Source: Folioceros fuciformis
Lineage: Eukaryota
Length of the DNA: 37,021 bases
Direction of reading: 5' to 3'
NCBI GenBank assembly: GCA_049999805.1
Contig: JBNGIO010004566.1
Coordinates: 1-37,021, forward strand
Positions 22,454 to 34,475 of the stretch are shown here, piece after piece (the stretch's first letter is position 1; every line of letters starts with the position of its first letter). The position numbers were made by a program, and so were the translations under genes. The notes beneath the pieces are model-generated. The model searched no databases. It was not told the origin of the DNA and saw nothing but the letters and a program-made list of their open reading frames with translations.

Positions 22454-25400
22454 CTATCCCCCTGCCTGTTTTACCTTCCATTCCACCGTTTCTAAAACAT
22501 CATTCAGTTCCATATGATAAGCATGCTCGCTTCCAACCACAAACCTGTGAATTTCCTGCCCATGCTCAATCCAGGTCTGCCCGGGTGCCTTCGATGCACC
22601 TTTATTTTGCCTTAATGCCTGCAACTCCACTGCTCGGTTCACAAATCCAGCATCAGCATAAATCTGGGACATGAGCACATACGCTGCAGGGTGTTTCGGA
22701 TCTAGTTGCAGCGCATTGTCGAAAGCCCTTTCTCCCAATGGCACGTTGCCATACTTGCGACAGGCACCCAGCAATGACAGCCACATGGCTAAAACAGGCT
22801 GCATGGGCATTGTTGACAAAAAACTTTCAACCATAGCGAAGTGCCCAGCACGTCCAAATAGGTCTATCACAGTGACGTAATGCTCAATGGTTGGCGCTAT
22901 GTCATGATCTCTGCCCATTGATTCAAAGAACTCTACAGCCTTGTCCAAAAACCCAGCGTGACTGCATGCACAGAGAAGTGACAGAAATGTGACTTCGTTT
23001 GGCTTCACACCAACCAGCCTCATTTTATCATAATAGTGGAGGGCTTCTTTACCGCAACCATGCTGTGCAGAACCTGCAATTATGGCATTCCATGATACCA
23101 CATCTCTGGCGGACAATCTTTCAAAGACGCTACAAGCATCCTCAAGACTCCCACATTTGGCATACATGTCCACCAGGCAGTTGCCGACAAACAAGTCAAC
23201 GTCCATTCCCCTGCCCTGAATCTGTCGATGGATCTCCTTCCCCTGCACTAACGCTCCGATGCTTGCACATGCTTTCAGAACACAGGTGTAAGTAATGGGA
23301 TCAGGGGGAGCGTTGTTCTCGTGCTCCATAATGGCATAGAGCGCAAGACATTCTTCGCCCAGCCCATGCTGTGAATATCCTGCCAACATTACATTCCATG
23401 TCACTATATCTTTCCTGGAAAGCTTGTCAAATACGGTCCGAGCATCCTCCAGGCTGCCACATTTTGCGTACATGTCAACCAGTGAGTTGCTTATAACGAC
23501 GTCAGCGTCTAGTCCTTTTTCCTGAATCTGAGAGTGGACCTCCTTCCCCTCATGCAAAGCTCCAATGCTGGCGCATGCCTTCAAGACGTTCACAAATGTG
23601 ACCTGATCGGCAGGGGTCATGACCTCTAGTTGCATATTTTTGTATAAGGCAAGACATTCTTGACCAAGACCTTGCCGGGCATATCCTGAGAGCATCAGAT
23701 TCCATGATCTCACGTGTCTGTTTGGCAACGCATCGAACACTCTTCGAGCATCCTCCATACTGCCACACTTCGCATACATGTCCACCAGGCCATCACCAAT
23801 GAGTGTATCAGCTCCTAACCCTAGCCCCTGAATGTGCAAGTGCAGTTCCTTGCCCGGAAGCAAAGCCCCAACATCAGCACATGCTTTCAGCAGACTGGCA
23901 AATGTAACAGGGTCAGCAGAAGTAATTCCCTCCTTTCGCATCTGCGCGTAGAGGGAGAGGGCTTCCGGACCAAGCTCATGCTGAGCATACCCTGTGAGCA
24001 TAGCATTCCAAGTCACCACATCCTTCATGGGTACATTATCAAACACTCTGCGAGCATCCTCTAAGCTCGCGCACTTTGAATACATGTCGATGAGAGAATT
24101 GGCCAGTATAACATCATTAGAGAGTCCCTCTTCCTGGATTTGCAAGTGCAGTTCCTTACCCTCGTGTAAGGCTCCAATGGAGCCACATGCTTTCAGAAGG
24201 CACACAAATGTTACTACATTCCCTGAAACCAAGCCTTCCTCTTGCATGACCGCATAAAGACTTAGACACTCTCGACCAAGTCCATGCTGCACATATCCTG
24301 AAAGCATTGCATTCCATGAAACTACATCTCTTGTTGGAATTCTATCGAAAACACTGCGGGCATCCACTAAACTCCCACATTTCGAATACATATCCACCAG
24401 ACAGTTGCAAATAGCCAGATCATGAACTAAACCTTTGCTCTGAATCTGAGTATGAAGCTCCTTACCCACATTCAATGATTCAATGCTGGCGCAAGCTTTC
24501 AACAGGCAGGCAAAGGTCACAACATCGGCGGGCATGATGCCCTCGTCTTGCATCTCAGTATACAGTGCAAGGGCTTCTTGACCGAGCCCATGCTGGGAAT
24601 ACCCAGTAATCATGGCATTCCACGTCACAACATCCTTAGTGCACAAAGCATCAAACACTCTGCGGGCATCCTCCAAACTGCCGCATTTTGCATACATGTC
24701 AATCAGACAGTTGCCTACAGCCACATCTGCCTCAAGACCGCTTTCCTGAAGTTGATGGTGAAGCTGCCTGCCATGATGTAAAGCTTCCATGCTAGCACAC
24801 GCCTTGAGGAGACACAAGAATGTCACCTGATTGGCTGATGTGATACCCTCCTCTTGCATGCGTTCGTACAAAATAATAGACTCTCGACCAAGCCCATGCT
24901 GAGCATAACCGTCAATCATGGCAGTCCATGTTACCACATCCTTCTTAGCCATTGCGTCAAAGACTTTACGAGCATCCCCTACGCTTCCACACTTCGCATA
25001 CATGTCGACCAGGGAATTGCCAACTAGAACATTGATTGCCAGCCCCCTTCCCTGCATCTGTGAATGAAGCTCCTTGCCTTCATGTAGAGCCCCGGCGCTT
25101 GCACAGGCTTTTAACAAGCAGGCATAGGTCACATGGTCAACTGGAGTGTTGCTCTCAAGTTGCATTCTTTCATACAACGAAAGCGCCTCTTTACTGAGCC
25201 CATGCTCTGCATACCCAGCTATCATAACAGTCCACGTCACCTTGTCTCTTGTTGGTAACCCGTCAAACAATCTACGAGCATCCTCCAAGCTTCCACACTT
25301 GGCATACATGTCCACCAGGCAGTTGCCAATTACCATCTCAGTTTCCAATCCGCGAAGCTGAATCTGGTCGTGCAGCTGCTTTCCCCGATCTAACGCTCCA

Positions 25401-26404
25401 ATGGTGGTGCAAGCTTTCAGCAGGCAGGCAAATGTGAAATGATCAGCTAGAGTGATTCCCTCTGATTGCATGGTAGCATAGAGATCCAGCGCTTCTTGAC
25501 CAAGACCATGTCGCGCATATCCTGTGATCATGGCATTCCATGTCACAACATTTTTTGTAGGCATACGGTCAAACAAGTCTCGGGCATGGTCTAATTCCCC
25601 AAATTTCGCATATCCTGCAACCAGTGCAGTCCAGGTAACTATGTCTCTTTTGGCCAATGCATCAAATACAGTGCTAGCATCCTCCAAACTGCCGCATTTC
25701 ACATACATATCAACTAGACAGTTTCCGAGCACAACACTGGGTTCCACCCCAGTCCACAGAATATCAGCATGGACTTGCTTGCCTGACGCCAAGTCTCCTG
25801 TCCTGGAACATGCTTTAAGTACGGACAGGAATGTGGACATGCGGGGCCTGACATTCGACTCCACCATCCGCAGGTACAATGCAATAGCACGCTTAGGCTG
25901 TCCACCCTCAGCATGTGCCACAATCATGGCGCACCACACTGAGGCACTTGGAACCGCGAATTTAGTGAACACCTGCTCAGCTTCTTGCATTCTCCCCAAA
26001 CAGCCGTACATGCGAATGCAATTGCTGGCCAAATCTGTATCAGATTCATATCCAATCGCAAGCGTCTGGACATGAACACGCCTGCCAAGCACCAAATTCT
26101 TCGCTGCAATGCACCCCTTGAGCACGGCACATAAGAGGGATGCAGAGACATAATATCCTCCCTCCAGCAGCAGATCCAAGGCGTCGACATACAAACTGAC
26201 CTGTCCATGTGAGCCCCTATTTCCATCCGCCCCTGCCACAGCTTCAAGTTGTACCAACCTGCAAGGCTGAGTAGAAACTGGGTCCAGGGGCCTGCTTCCG
26301 GGCCTGCATCGTGCAGGTGCGTGTCTCAACGACGACACACGTCTCGACCACTGCTCTAAGGCTTTGCGGAATTTGGGCTGGCTCCCGTTGCCGCCCCAGC
26401 TCAT
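22454..26404 (-). CDS. Long intronless PLS-class PPR protein, E+ type (PPR-E)
   Basis: First in-frame ATG at 26404 (MSWGG...SRRVSSL). About 10 triplets plus one SS-type motif (IVTWTALVAGYAKFGELDHARDLFDRMPTKN); ends SKAPGQTWIE...HRFVVG. Confidence 0.94.
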   Translation of the reverse strand: MSWGGNGSQPKFRKALEQWSRRVSSLRHAPARCRPGSRPLDPVSTQPCRLVQLEAVAGADGNRGSHGQVSLYVDALDLLLEGGYYVSASLLCAVLKGCIAAKNLVLGRRVHVQTLAIGYESDTDLASNCIRMYGCLGRMQEAEQVFTKFAVPSASVWCAMIVAHAEGGQPKRAIALYLRMVESNVRPRMSTFLSVLKACSRTGDLASGKQVHADILWTGVEPSVVLGNCLVDMYVKCGSLEDASTVFDALAKRDIVTWTALVAGYAKFGELDHARDLFDRMPTKNVVTWNAMITGYARHGLGQEALDLYATMQSEGITLADHFTFACLLKACTTIGALDRGKQLHDQIQLRGLETEMVIGNCLVDMYAKCGSLEDARRLFDGLPTRDKVTWTVMIAGYAEHGLSKEALSLYERMQLESNTPVDHVTYACLLKACASAGALHEGKELHSQMQGRGLAINVLVGNSLVDMYAKCGSVGDARKVFDAMAKKDVVTWTAMIDGYAQHGLGRESIILYERMQEEGITSANQVTFLCLLKACASMEALHHGRQLHHQLQESGLEADVAVGNCLIDMYAKCGSLEDARRVFDALCTKDVVTWNAMITGYSQHGLGQEALALYTEMQDEGIMPADVVTFACLLKACASIESLNVGKELHTQIQSKGLVHDLAICNCLVDMYSKCGSLVDARSVFDRIPTRDVVSWNAMLSGYVQHGLGRECLSLYAVMQEEGLVSGNVVTFVCLLKACGSIGALHEGKELHLQIQEEGLSNDVILANSLIDMYSKCASLEDARRVFDNVPMKDVVTWNAMLTGYAQHELGPEALSLYAQMRKEGITSADPVTFASLLKACADVGALLPGKELHLHIQGLGLGADTLIGDGLVDMYAKCGSMEDARRVFDALPNRHVRSWNLMLSGYARQGLGQECLALYKNMQLEVMTPADQVTFVNVLKACASIGALHEGKEVHSQIQEKGLDADVVISNSLVDMYAKCGSLEDARTVFDKLSRKDIVTWNVMLAGYSQHGLGEECLALYAIMEHENNAPPDPITYTCVLKACASIGALVQGKEIHRQIQGRGMDVDLFVGNCLVDMYAKCGSLEDACSVFERLSARDVVSWNAIIAGSAQHGCGKEALHYYDKMRLVGVKPNEVTFLSLLCACSHAGFLDKAVEFFESMGRDHDIAPTIEHYVTVIDLFGRAGHFAMVESFLSTMPMQPVLAMWLSLLGACRKYGNVPLGERAFDNALQLDPKHPAAYVLMSQIYADAGFVNRAVELQALRQNKGASKAPGQTWIEHGQEIHRFVVGSEHAYHMELNDVLETVEWKVKQAGG

Positions 26405-26519
26405 TTGGAGCACAGTTTATGTCGCTGAACCTCACATGGATATGTAATTAGGTCGACATAGTCTGATTGTCTCCACATCCAGTTCTCTGGATTTTGTGTC
26501 GAGGCTGTAGGACAGCACA

Positions 26520-29500
26520 ATGCCGACAGTCAGCGTCGGACGAGATCGGCTGTTTGCCGCTGTCGGGAAGCATTACAGTGAGGACAGGACTTGCAGCAGA
26601 TTAATTTGCTCGACTTCGTTTTGGTGCCGCGGAGTTGCTTTCTAGCTCCGCACTGCCGGCGACTTATTCTCTTTGGAACGGTTTGTTGCTGTGTAGCGGA
26701 GAAGGAGTTTGATGAGCTATGTTTCGAGTACGGAATTGAGCTCGACGAAGTGGTAGGGGCTTAGACACGCATGGCAGAGATGGTGGTCAAGTTAGACAAG
26801 TCCACTTCCTTGATTCCAAGCTTCTGTTGTGCAGACAACTGAGGAGGCTATAGTTCGGAAAGAAAAACATTTGGGTACGACAGCTGCTGAGGGAGAGGAG
26901 GTCATCTACAAGATTGACGTGCCGGCTAATCGGTACGTTTGACTTGAGGCAATTCGTCTAGCTGGTTCAGAAGGTACGACCCTGCTCTTTGATGCTATGC
27001 ATGATTATTTAGGTACGATCTTTTGTGCCTGGAAGGCATTGCCCGAGCTCTGCGGATCTTCACTGGGAAAGAAGGTGTTCCCAAATTCCGAGTCGCCAGC
27101 GGCACCAACAATGCCATCCACAAAATGGTTGTCAAACCTGAGGTATTCAGCGCTTCGTGCTCTCCCGCTTGAGCTCATGCTTTTCCAACTATTTGTGGAT
27201 CTATGTTGGGATCTGACCATGAAACAGAGTGAGATCGCAACAGGGTATCTTCACAACAACATGAGGTCAACTGATGATCTGTAACGTACTGTGTACAGAC
27301 TGCTTCCATCAGACCGTTCGTGGTCTGTGCTGTATTGAGGGGAATAACATTCGACCAAGCACGGTACAACAGTTTTATTGACCTTCAGGACAAGCTACAT
27401 CAAAATCTGTGCAGGTTTGTGGGGGATATTGTACTTCACAATTGGTTCTCAAGTTCTAGTTTAACCGGCAGTCTGAGCGGTTGGTTTTTTCAGGCGGAGA
27501 ACACTAGTGGCTATAGGTACTCATGATCTCGACACTATACAAGGCCCTTTCACTTATGAGGTTGGGATCAAACGATTGAAAACTAGCTCCACTGCTTGTG
27601 CCTCGTCTTTATTTTGTAAGTAATTGCAGGAAAATCGTCTTTCCTCATTTTGATGTGCAGGCTTTGGTTCCCCAAGAAATCAAATTTGTTCCTCTGAAGC
27701 AGGTCAGCAGCGTGTCGCAAAATGTGCTGCTCAAATGCTTCCTGAAATCGTTTCCAGAACTGAAGCACCCCTGTGGTGGCTGCAGAAGAAGGAGTTCCGT
27801 GCTGATGACCTATTGAAGTTCTATCAGGTGTGGCTGCTGGTTCATGGAGGTACCCCACCAGGGGCATAACACAGCCTATGCAAGCTACGAGGAAATGTTG
27901 TTGCATTGCCTAACAACAGTGTATTGATTATCAAGTCTCTTTGCTTTCACAGTCTGACTTGAAGTTGAAAAAATTCCTTCATATCATTGAGAATTCTCCA
28001 GTGTACCCTGTTATTTACGACAGCCAAAGGTGATGGCCTTACAGCATGTAATGTAGCAGACATAACTGGTTTGCCTGACAAAGTATTTATGCCTTCCATG
28101 TGGATTGTAGGACTGTGCTTTCATTGCCTCCAATTATCAATGGTTCACAGTCTGCCATCAAATTGGCCACGAAGAATGTCTTCATTGAGTGCACTGCAAC
28201 AGATTTGACAAAGGCGAAAATTGTGCTTAACACAGTTGTACGTCTTAACCCACTGTGCAAAATGCAGGAGTCCCAGTTGTTGGAAAAGTAAGTTTTCTGG
28301 TGCCTAACTCCTGCTATTGTTTGTGAAGGTTACTATGTTCTCCCAATATTGCACGAACCAATTTGAAGTTGAGCCAGTGGAAGTAGTCTCGCCAAACGGG
28401 GAATCGTCCGTGTATCCATGTTTGGATGTCCGCTCCATGGAAGTTGATCTGCACTATATTAAACAACGGATAGGGATTTCTCTTGAAGCTGAACAGGTTA
28501 AAATTGTCTGTCCTCTTAATTAGCCAAGAGAGTCTGTGTATCCTTAGAGTATGTGATTGGTTAAGCTGAATGCCGGTCGGCAGGTGGTTGATCTGCTCAA
28601 TAGAATGCAACTTCCATCTAGTATTGAGGAGAGCAAAGGGCAGGACAGGATAAAAGTGTCAGTTCCACCAACGAGAAGTGATGTTTTACATCCTTGTGAT
28701 GTTGCGGAGGTACGCCTTTTCTAACAGCATCTTTGAGTAACTCGACATTAAGGTAAGGAATCAAAGTGTTCAACATGTTACTCAAATTTGACAGGATGTG
28801 GCGATTGCATATGGGTACAACAATCTGGTCAAAACAGTGCCAAAATCTCACACGCAGGGCAAGCAGCAGCCTTTGAACCAGTTTTGTGACCTACTCAGGG
28901 CGGAGGTAAACCTTCGATATCACTGCAAAGATGTGTACACTTTCAAGTTTGGATTTTCACGTGAGATGCACATGCATTACATCCACTCGTTATGCTGTCC
29001 AGGTTGCCAATGCTGGGTTTACTGAAATACTGACTTTCATCTTGGGGTCATATGAAGAGAACTTCACCTTCGTAAACAAGCAAGATGACCACCACACTGC
29101 AGTAATTGTGGGAAACCCACGCACATCTGAATTTGAGGTAACTCTTGGATGTTGTGCTATTTGTGTCTTTATGAAGATTACAACTACCTAGCATGTTCGA
29201 AGGTATGTCGGACTGCCACGCTCTAAGACGTGATCAGCATGTTTAAGGGTGTCTTTTGTCTTTCTGTAGGTTGTACGCCCTAATCTTCTTGCTGGAATGT
29301 TAAAGACTCTAGGTCATAATAAAGATGTACCTCGTCCGGTGAAGGTATGACCCACTCGGCCTTTGCTACCTTATGTGATGCTCTGACTGAAGAAGATCGT
29401 GCTTCTCCTCTCTATGGATGAGCTGATCTGACCGTCCAAAACTGTTGACGCAGATTTTCGAGATATCTGATGTGGTTACACTGGATACTGAGAATGAGGT

Positions 29501-30167
29501 CGGCGCAGCCAATCATCGGCATCTGGCTGCACTGAATTGCAACATTACTTCTGGATTTGAGGTATTTGGCCATCCTGCCTTTTCCACAGTGGTATCCTGG
29601 GCAATCCCGCTCAATCAATTCCTTTCTTGGACAAATTGAAGCTGAGATGGATGCCAACGTTGTGCAGGTCATTCACGGTTTGCTGGATCGCGTGATGGAA
29701 GTCGTGCCAGTGAAACGTGTTGATGTGAACGAGAAATCTGGATACTACTTATCTCCCTCTCATGTAAGATGCGATAACCTTTGTTTCATAGTCACTCCGT
29801 AAGTTTGCTTACGCCAATGATTTATGTGCATCTCTGATTGGCAGGAGCCAGAATACTTCGAAGGCCGCCAAGCTGATATAATTTGCCACGGAGTTAGAAT
29901 TGGATCGTTTGGAATCATACACCCGCAGGTACAAGTGGTTAGGCTAAGTGGTACACGCCACATGCGCATTTGGGATTGCTGAGACCTGGGAAAGCATTTC
30001 TGAATGGCTATAAGTTGCTTCGTAGGCTAGCCCCTTTTGCCGCCACGTTCGGCTAAGTTGGAATTCACTTGCATTGATCTTTGCAGGTGTTGCAAAACTT
30101 CAGCATTCCTGATCCCTGCACGGCTTTGGAGCTGGACGTTGAGCAGTTATTGCGGTTGAGTGCATGA
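26520..30167 (+). CDS. FARSB: Phenylalanyl-tRNA synthetase beta subunit, cytosolic type, many short exons
   Basis: Spliced motifs [56 protein letters not shown]...[93 protein letters not shown] and FGIIHPQ. The last exon is 30087-30167. Confidence 0.96.
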
Positions 30168-30639
30168 TTGCGCAGGAAAAGTGTTGGACATTTGAGAGAC
30201 AGCTCTTCGTGTATGGTATGGGACAGAGGGAAGTGATTTGTGCCATTCATTGGCCAGGGGAGTGATTTGTGCCAAGATCAGGCAAAAAGTTTTGTAAACG
30301 TTGCTAGTGCCTACCAGTGGAAGTATACTGGTTGTTAAGGTTGATGGCGTTGACCGCCATTGTCAGAGGTACCAAAGGACCTGGCGACACCGGGAACGGA
30401 GCCGCTCCTTTGCTGTGTCCTCCGTCCACCGGTCCGTTTGAAGCCCCCATAGCACGGGTTACCGCTGCGCTTCCCTCCATCTCCTTCCGTGACATGAAAA
30501 CCAGGTGAAGCACTTAGGTCTTTTAGGATGTACTACGGAAGTGCTCTGTAGTAGGGATCCTTTTCTCTGTGAAATCTCTCTTTGAGCTTCCTGCAGGATG
30601 CTTGACCTTCACGTCTGGTCGTCAGCTCCGAAGCCAGGT

Positions 30640-31125
30640 TCTGCAGATGGAACTATGGTTGTGTTTGCTTGTCCTCGTACAAGCCTCCCCTGCCACCGCA
30701 CTGTATGTTTCTACGTGAAGAATGCTTGATGCCCTCTTGTTGGATTGGAATGAACCAGCCCCAGATATTCTGGACCAAGCCCATGCTCACCATGTCCAGG
30801 GAGTGATGGCAGTCCATTTCACCACATCTCATCTGGCAGTCGGTCAAAACTCTGCGAGCATCACGAGGCTACCGCATTTCGGTGCAGGAGGCCGAACAAA
30901 CAGCTCCGTGCATTGGATACTGATAAACTTCCCAGGAATAGCCTGGTGGACATCCACGCACGAGGAGAACAGTCCACCATTCTACCGTTCGAGATTGTTT
31001 CTGGTCGGGAGAAGGGGAAAGGACTGTGCCCCCACATTGCAGGGCTGATGGCGAGCCTTCCATCCTTGTGGGTCATGCCTCAAAGCCGTCCACACTGGAC
31101 GAGGGTTCCAAGACCAGGCTTGCTG
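30640..31125 (-). pseudogene. Heavily decayed PPR gene fragment
   Basis: The minus strand retains AKCGSL..ARRV.DRLP..DVV.WTA....GHGEHGLG......QQEGI with several indels, and LVLGT near 31105-31120. Confidence 0.7.
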
Positions 31126-31249
31126 TTGGGAGGTCCTAGCCGAATTCAGCACGGATGAATGGTAGGCTGCGTGGCCTTTCGCTTGTCTTGAGATTGAATA
31201 GGTGTAGGCAAGTCCGCTGCAGCACTTCTAAGCTCCGGAGACATCTTCT

Positions 31250-34200
31250 ATGGTTGCGGGAGCCTTGTGCATCTGCAGCTGGTTCCGTAGAACCAGGTAC
31301 ACGGGATTTTGGCAATGGTCCAGCAACAACTACTTGAAGGTGACATCTGTGCTCCATGGTTCCCCGTCTGTCTTTCTATCCTGTGGTGGGAAGGTGCGTA
31401 GGCCAGTCTATTCATTCGCTCTACCGTTGCAGGGAGACCATATGTACAACAGAACGCTTGATACCTCAGGTCACTCTCACGGTAGAACAGGGGAGGTTCT
31501 AAATCCAGTTGGAGCAGGAAGCGAGAATCCTGTCAGGTTAGAATTCTTCCCGAGCTTGTTGACGTTACATTCTGGCTCACTGCTGGATGCTGACGCATTT
31601 GGTAGCCAAATTCAGTCCTGAAATTCGTACAGGACTCGCGGGTTCGCACCACATGTTGTTTCCTTGATGATAGCATCAACATTGCAGAAAGGCAGTATAT
31701 GAAGACGCTAAAACTGCCAGCAGCCTTGGACACGTCTTTGAGGTCCTGGAAGAGTTGAATATCCTCGTGGAGCGAGGATTCTATGTTTCGACGATCCTGT
31801 TTTATCGTTTCCTCAAAAACTGGATTGCTCTCCAGGATCTGGCAGTCGGAAGACGCATTCTCTCTCTTATAATTCGGACTGGCTATGGATCCAATGTCTT
31901 TTTGTCGAACGACGTCATCCGGATCTATTCTTCTTATGGACTGTTGCAAGAGGCAATGGAGGTGTTTCTCCATGTACCGGCACCAGACACGTTTCTCTGG
32001 GCTTCCATCATCTTGGCACACGCTGAACATGGAGCGCCTGTCCTTGCGGTACAACTCTACAGACAGATGCGGCAGTCTCGTCTGCAACCGAACAGCCATG
32101 TTTTTGTGGCAGTTCTTAAAGCCTGTGCTACTGCAAGGGACCTGGAATCTGGCAAGCAAGTCCATGCTGATATTTTGGGGAGTGGAGAGGAGCCCAATAA
32201 ATTTGTTGGCAGCAGCCTGGTGGACATGTATGCAAAATGTGGGAGCCTAGAGCATGCCCGTAGTGTGTTCGAAACGTTGACGACTAAAGATGTGGTGTCA
32301 TGGAATGCCATGCTCGCAGGTTACGCTCTGCAGGGGCTTGGTGAAGAGTCTCTCGCTCTTTACGGCAGTATGCAACAAGTGGCTATGGAGCAAGGCACTC
32401 ATGGAACCTTTGTTGCCGTTTTGAAAGCATGCAGCAGCATTGGAGCTTTGCATCAAGGCAAGCAGCTTCATTCCGAGATACGTCAACGAGGGATGGAGTC
32501 CGATATTGTGATAGGCAGCTGCCTTGTTGACATGTATGTAGCGTGCGGCAGCCTGGAGGATGCTTGCCGAGTGTTTGACAAATTGCCTGCGAAAGATGTG
32601 GTGGCTTGGACAGCATTGATGGCAGGATATGCTCAGAATAGGCGTGATCCAGAAGCACTCTCTATCTATGCTCGTATGCAGCAAGAGGGTGTCAAACCTG
32701 TTGATCCAATTACATTTACATCTCTTCTAAAAGCATGTGCCAGGATTGGAGCCCTACGCGAAGGAAAGCAGCTCCATTCGCAAATTCAGTGCCAAGGGTT
32801 GGGACTTGACACGGTTGTTGGAAGCGCCCTTGTGGACATGTATGCCAAGTGTGGCAGCCTAAACGATGCTGAGAGAGTATTTGAAGGTTTGCTCACGAAA
32901 GATGTGGTGTCCTGGAATGCCATGATTGCCGCCTATGCTCAGCATGGCATGGGTCGTGAATCTCTGGATTTGTATGCAAGCATGCAGAAACACAGCACCA
33001 TTCGAGAAAATCATGTGACTTATACATGCCTTCTGAAAGCATGTGGCAGCACTGGCGCTTTGGATCAGGGAAAGGAGATTCATGCTCAGATCAGGAAGTG
33101 TGGATTAGAATTGGATGGGGTGGTTGGCAACGCACTAGTGGATATGTATTGCAAATGTGGGAGCTTGGAGGAAGCCAGACAAGTTTTTGACAGTCTGCCC
33201 GCAAGAGACGTGGTGACATGGACGTGCCTAATTTCAGGATACACTGAGCATGGGCAAGGTAAAGAAGGTGTTGCCCTGTATGCCAAGATGCAAGAGGCTG
33301 GCATCCCTCCAGATCCTACCACATATGCCTGTCTGCTGAAAGCATGTGGCAGTGTACGAGATGTTCGTCATGGGATGCAGCTGCACTCAGAGGTCCAGGC
33401 CCAGGGCTTTGAAGCTGATCAAGTAGTTGGGAACTGCCTGGTGGACATGTACACCAGTTGCGGTTGCTTAGAAGATGCCCGAGCTGTGTTTGACAGCCTA
33501 TCCAGACGGGATGTGGTGACATGGACTGCCATGATCGCCGGATATGCTGAGCTGGGGCACGCTCAAGAAGCCCTTACTCTGTATGCACGTATGCAAGAGG
33601 AGGGAATCACTCCAGCGGAGCCAACTGCATATTCCTTGCTCCTAAATGCCTGCTCTCACATGGGAGCTCTACAGCAGGGAAAGCAGCTCCATCTTGACAT
33701 TCAGCGCCGGGGATGGGGAGTTGATGGAATGATGGGCAACTGCTTGGTAGACATGTATGCCAAGTGTGGAAGTCTGGAAGACTCCTGCCAAGTATTCGAC
33801 ACACTCCTTTGCAAAGATGTGCTGACATGGACTGCCATGATCGCTGCGTATGCCCAGCATGGGCGTGGGCTGGAAGCGTTGCAGTGCTTTGAGTCAATGC
33901 TGCTGGCGGGCATCAAGCCTGATAAGGTGACATTTACCGCAGTCCTCTCCGCTTGCAGGCATGCTGGTCTGGTTGACGAAGGCATCGAGTACTTCACGTC
34001 CATGAGCCGGGACTACAACCTAACTCCAGAGCTGGAGCACTACGCTGGTTTGCTGGACCTGTTCGGGCGTGCAGGGAGATTCCAGAGGGCACAGGAGCTG
34101 TTGTCGACCATACCCATGCAGCCTGATCTAGCCATGCTGCTGTGCCTGTTGGGTGCCTGTCGCAAGCATGGCAACCTCGCTATGGCAGAAGATGTATTCC

Positions 34201-34475
34201 AGGCTGCAGTGCGTCTGGAGCCAAATCATGCTGCTGGATACTTGTTGATGTCGCACATCTATGCCGATGCTGGCCTGCTGGACCATGCCACGGAGGTGCG
34301 TGCCAGAAGGCACGTAGAGTGCGCATGGAAGGAGCCCGGCCAGAGCTGGCTCGTGATTGGGGAAAGTGTACACAGGTTTGTCGTGGGAGACTGCCATCAT
34401 CCAGAGCATCCACATGTGTGTGAGGTACTGGAAATCTTGTCACGCTCATCGTCCCGCAATGTACCAGCCATATAA
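31250..34475 (+). CDS. PLS-class PPR protein, E+ type (PPR-F); tentative model 31250-31339, 31433-31536, 31688-34475
   Basis: Open frame of more than 900 aa with about 7 triplets, ending AWKEPGQSWLV...HRFVVGD. The main exon follows a ttgcag acceptor at 31687. Upstream exons are inferred from phase-compatible GT-AG sites. Confidence 0.92.

Noticed and set aside
30227-30275. Short direct repeat (agtgatttgtgcca x2) after PheRS-beta
   Set aside because: A small local duplication in a likely 3' UTR, with no evidence of function.
6726-34449. Many 60-210-aa antisense or alternative-frame ORFs over the PPR genes (MSTRQLP..., TLRASSKLPH...)
   Set aside because: They are shadow frames of the repetitive PPR codons and recur with each motif.
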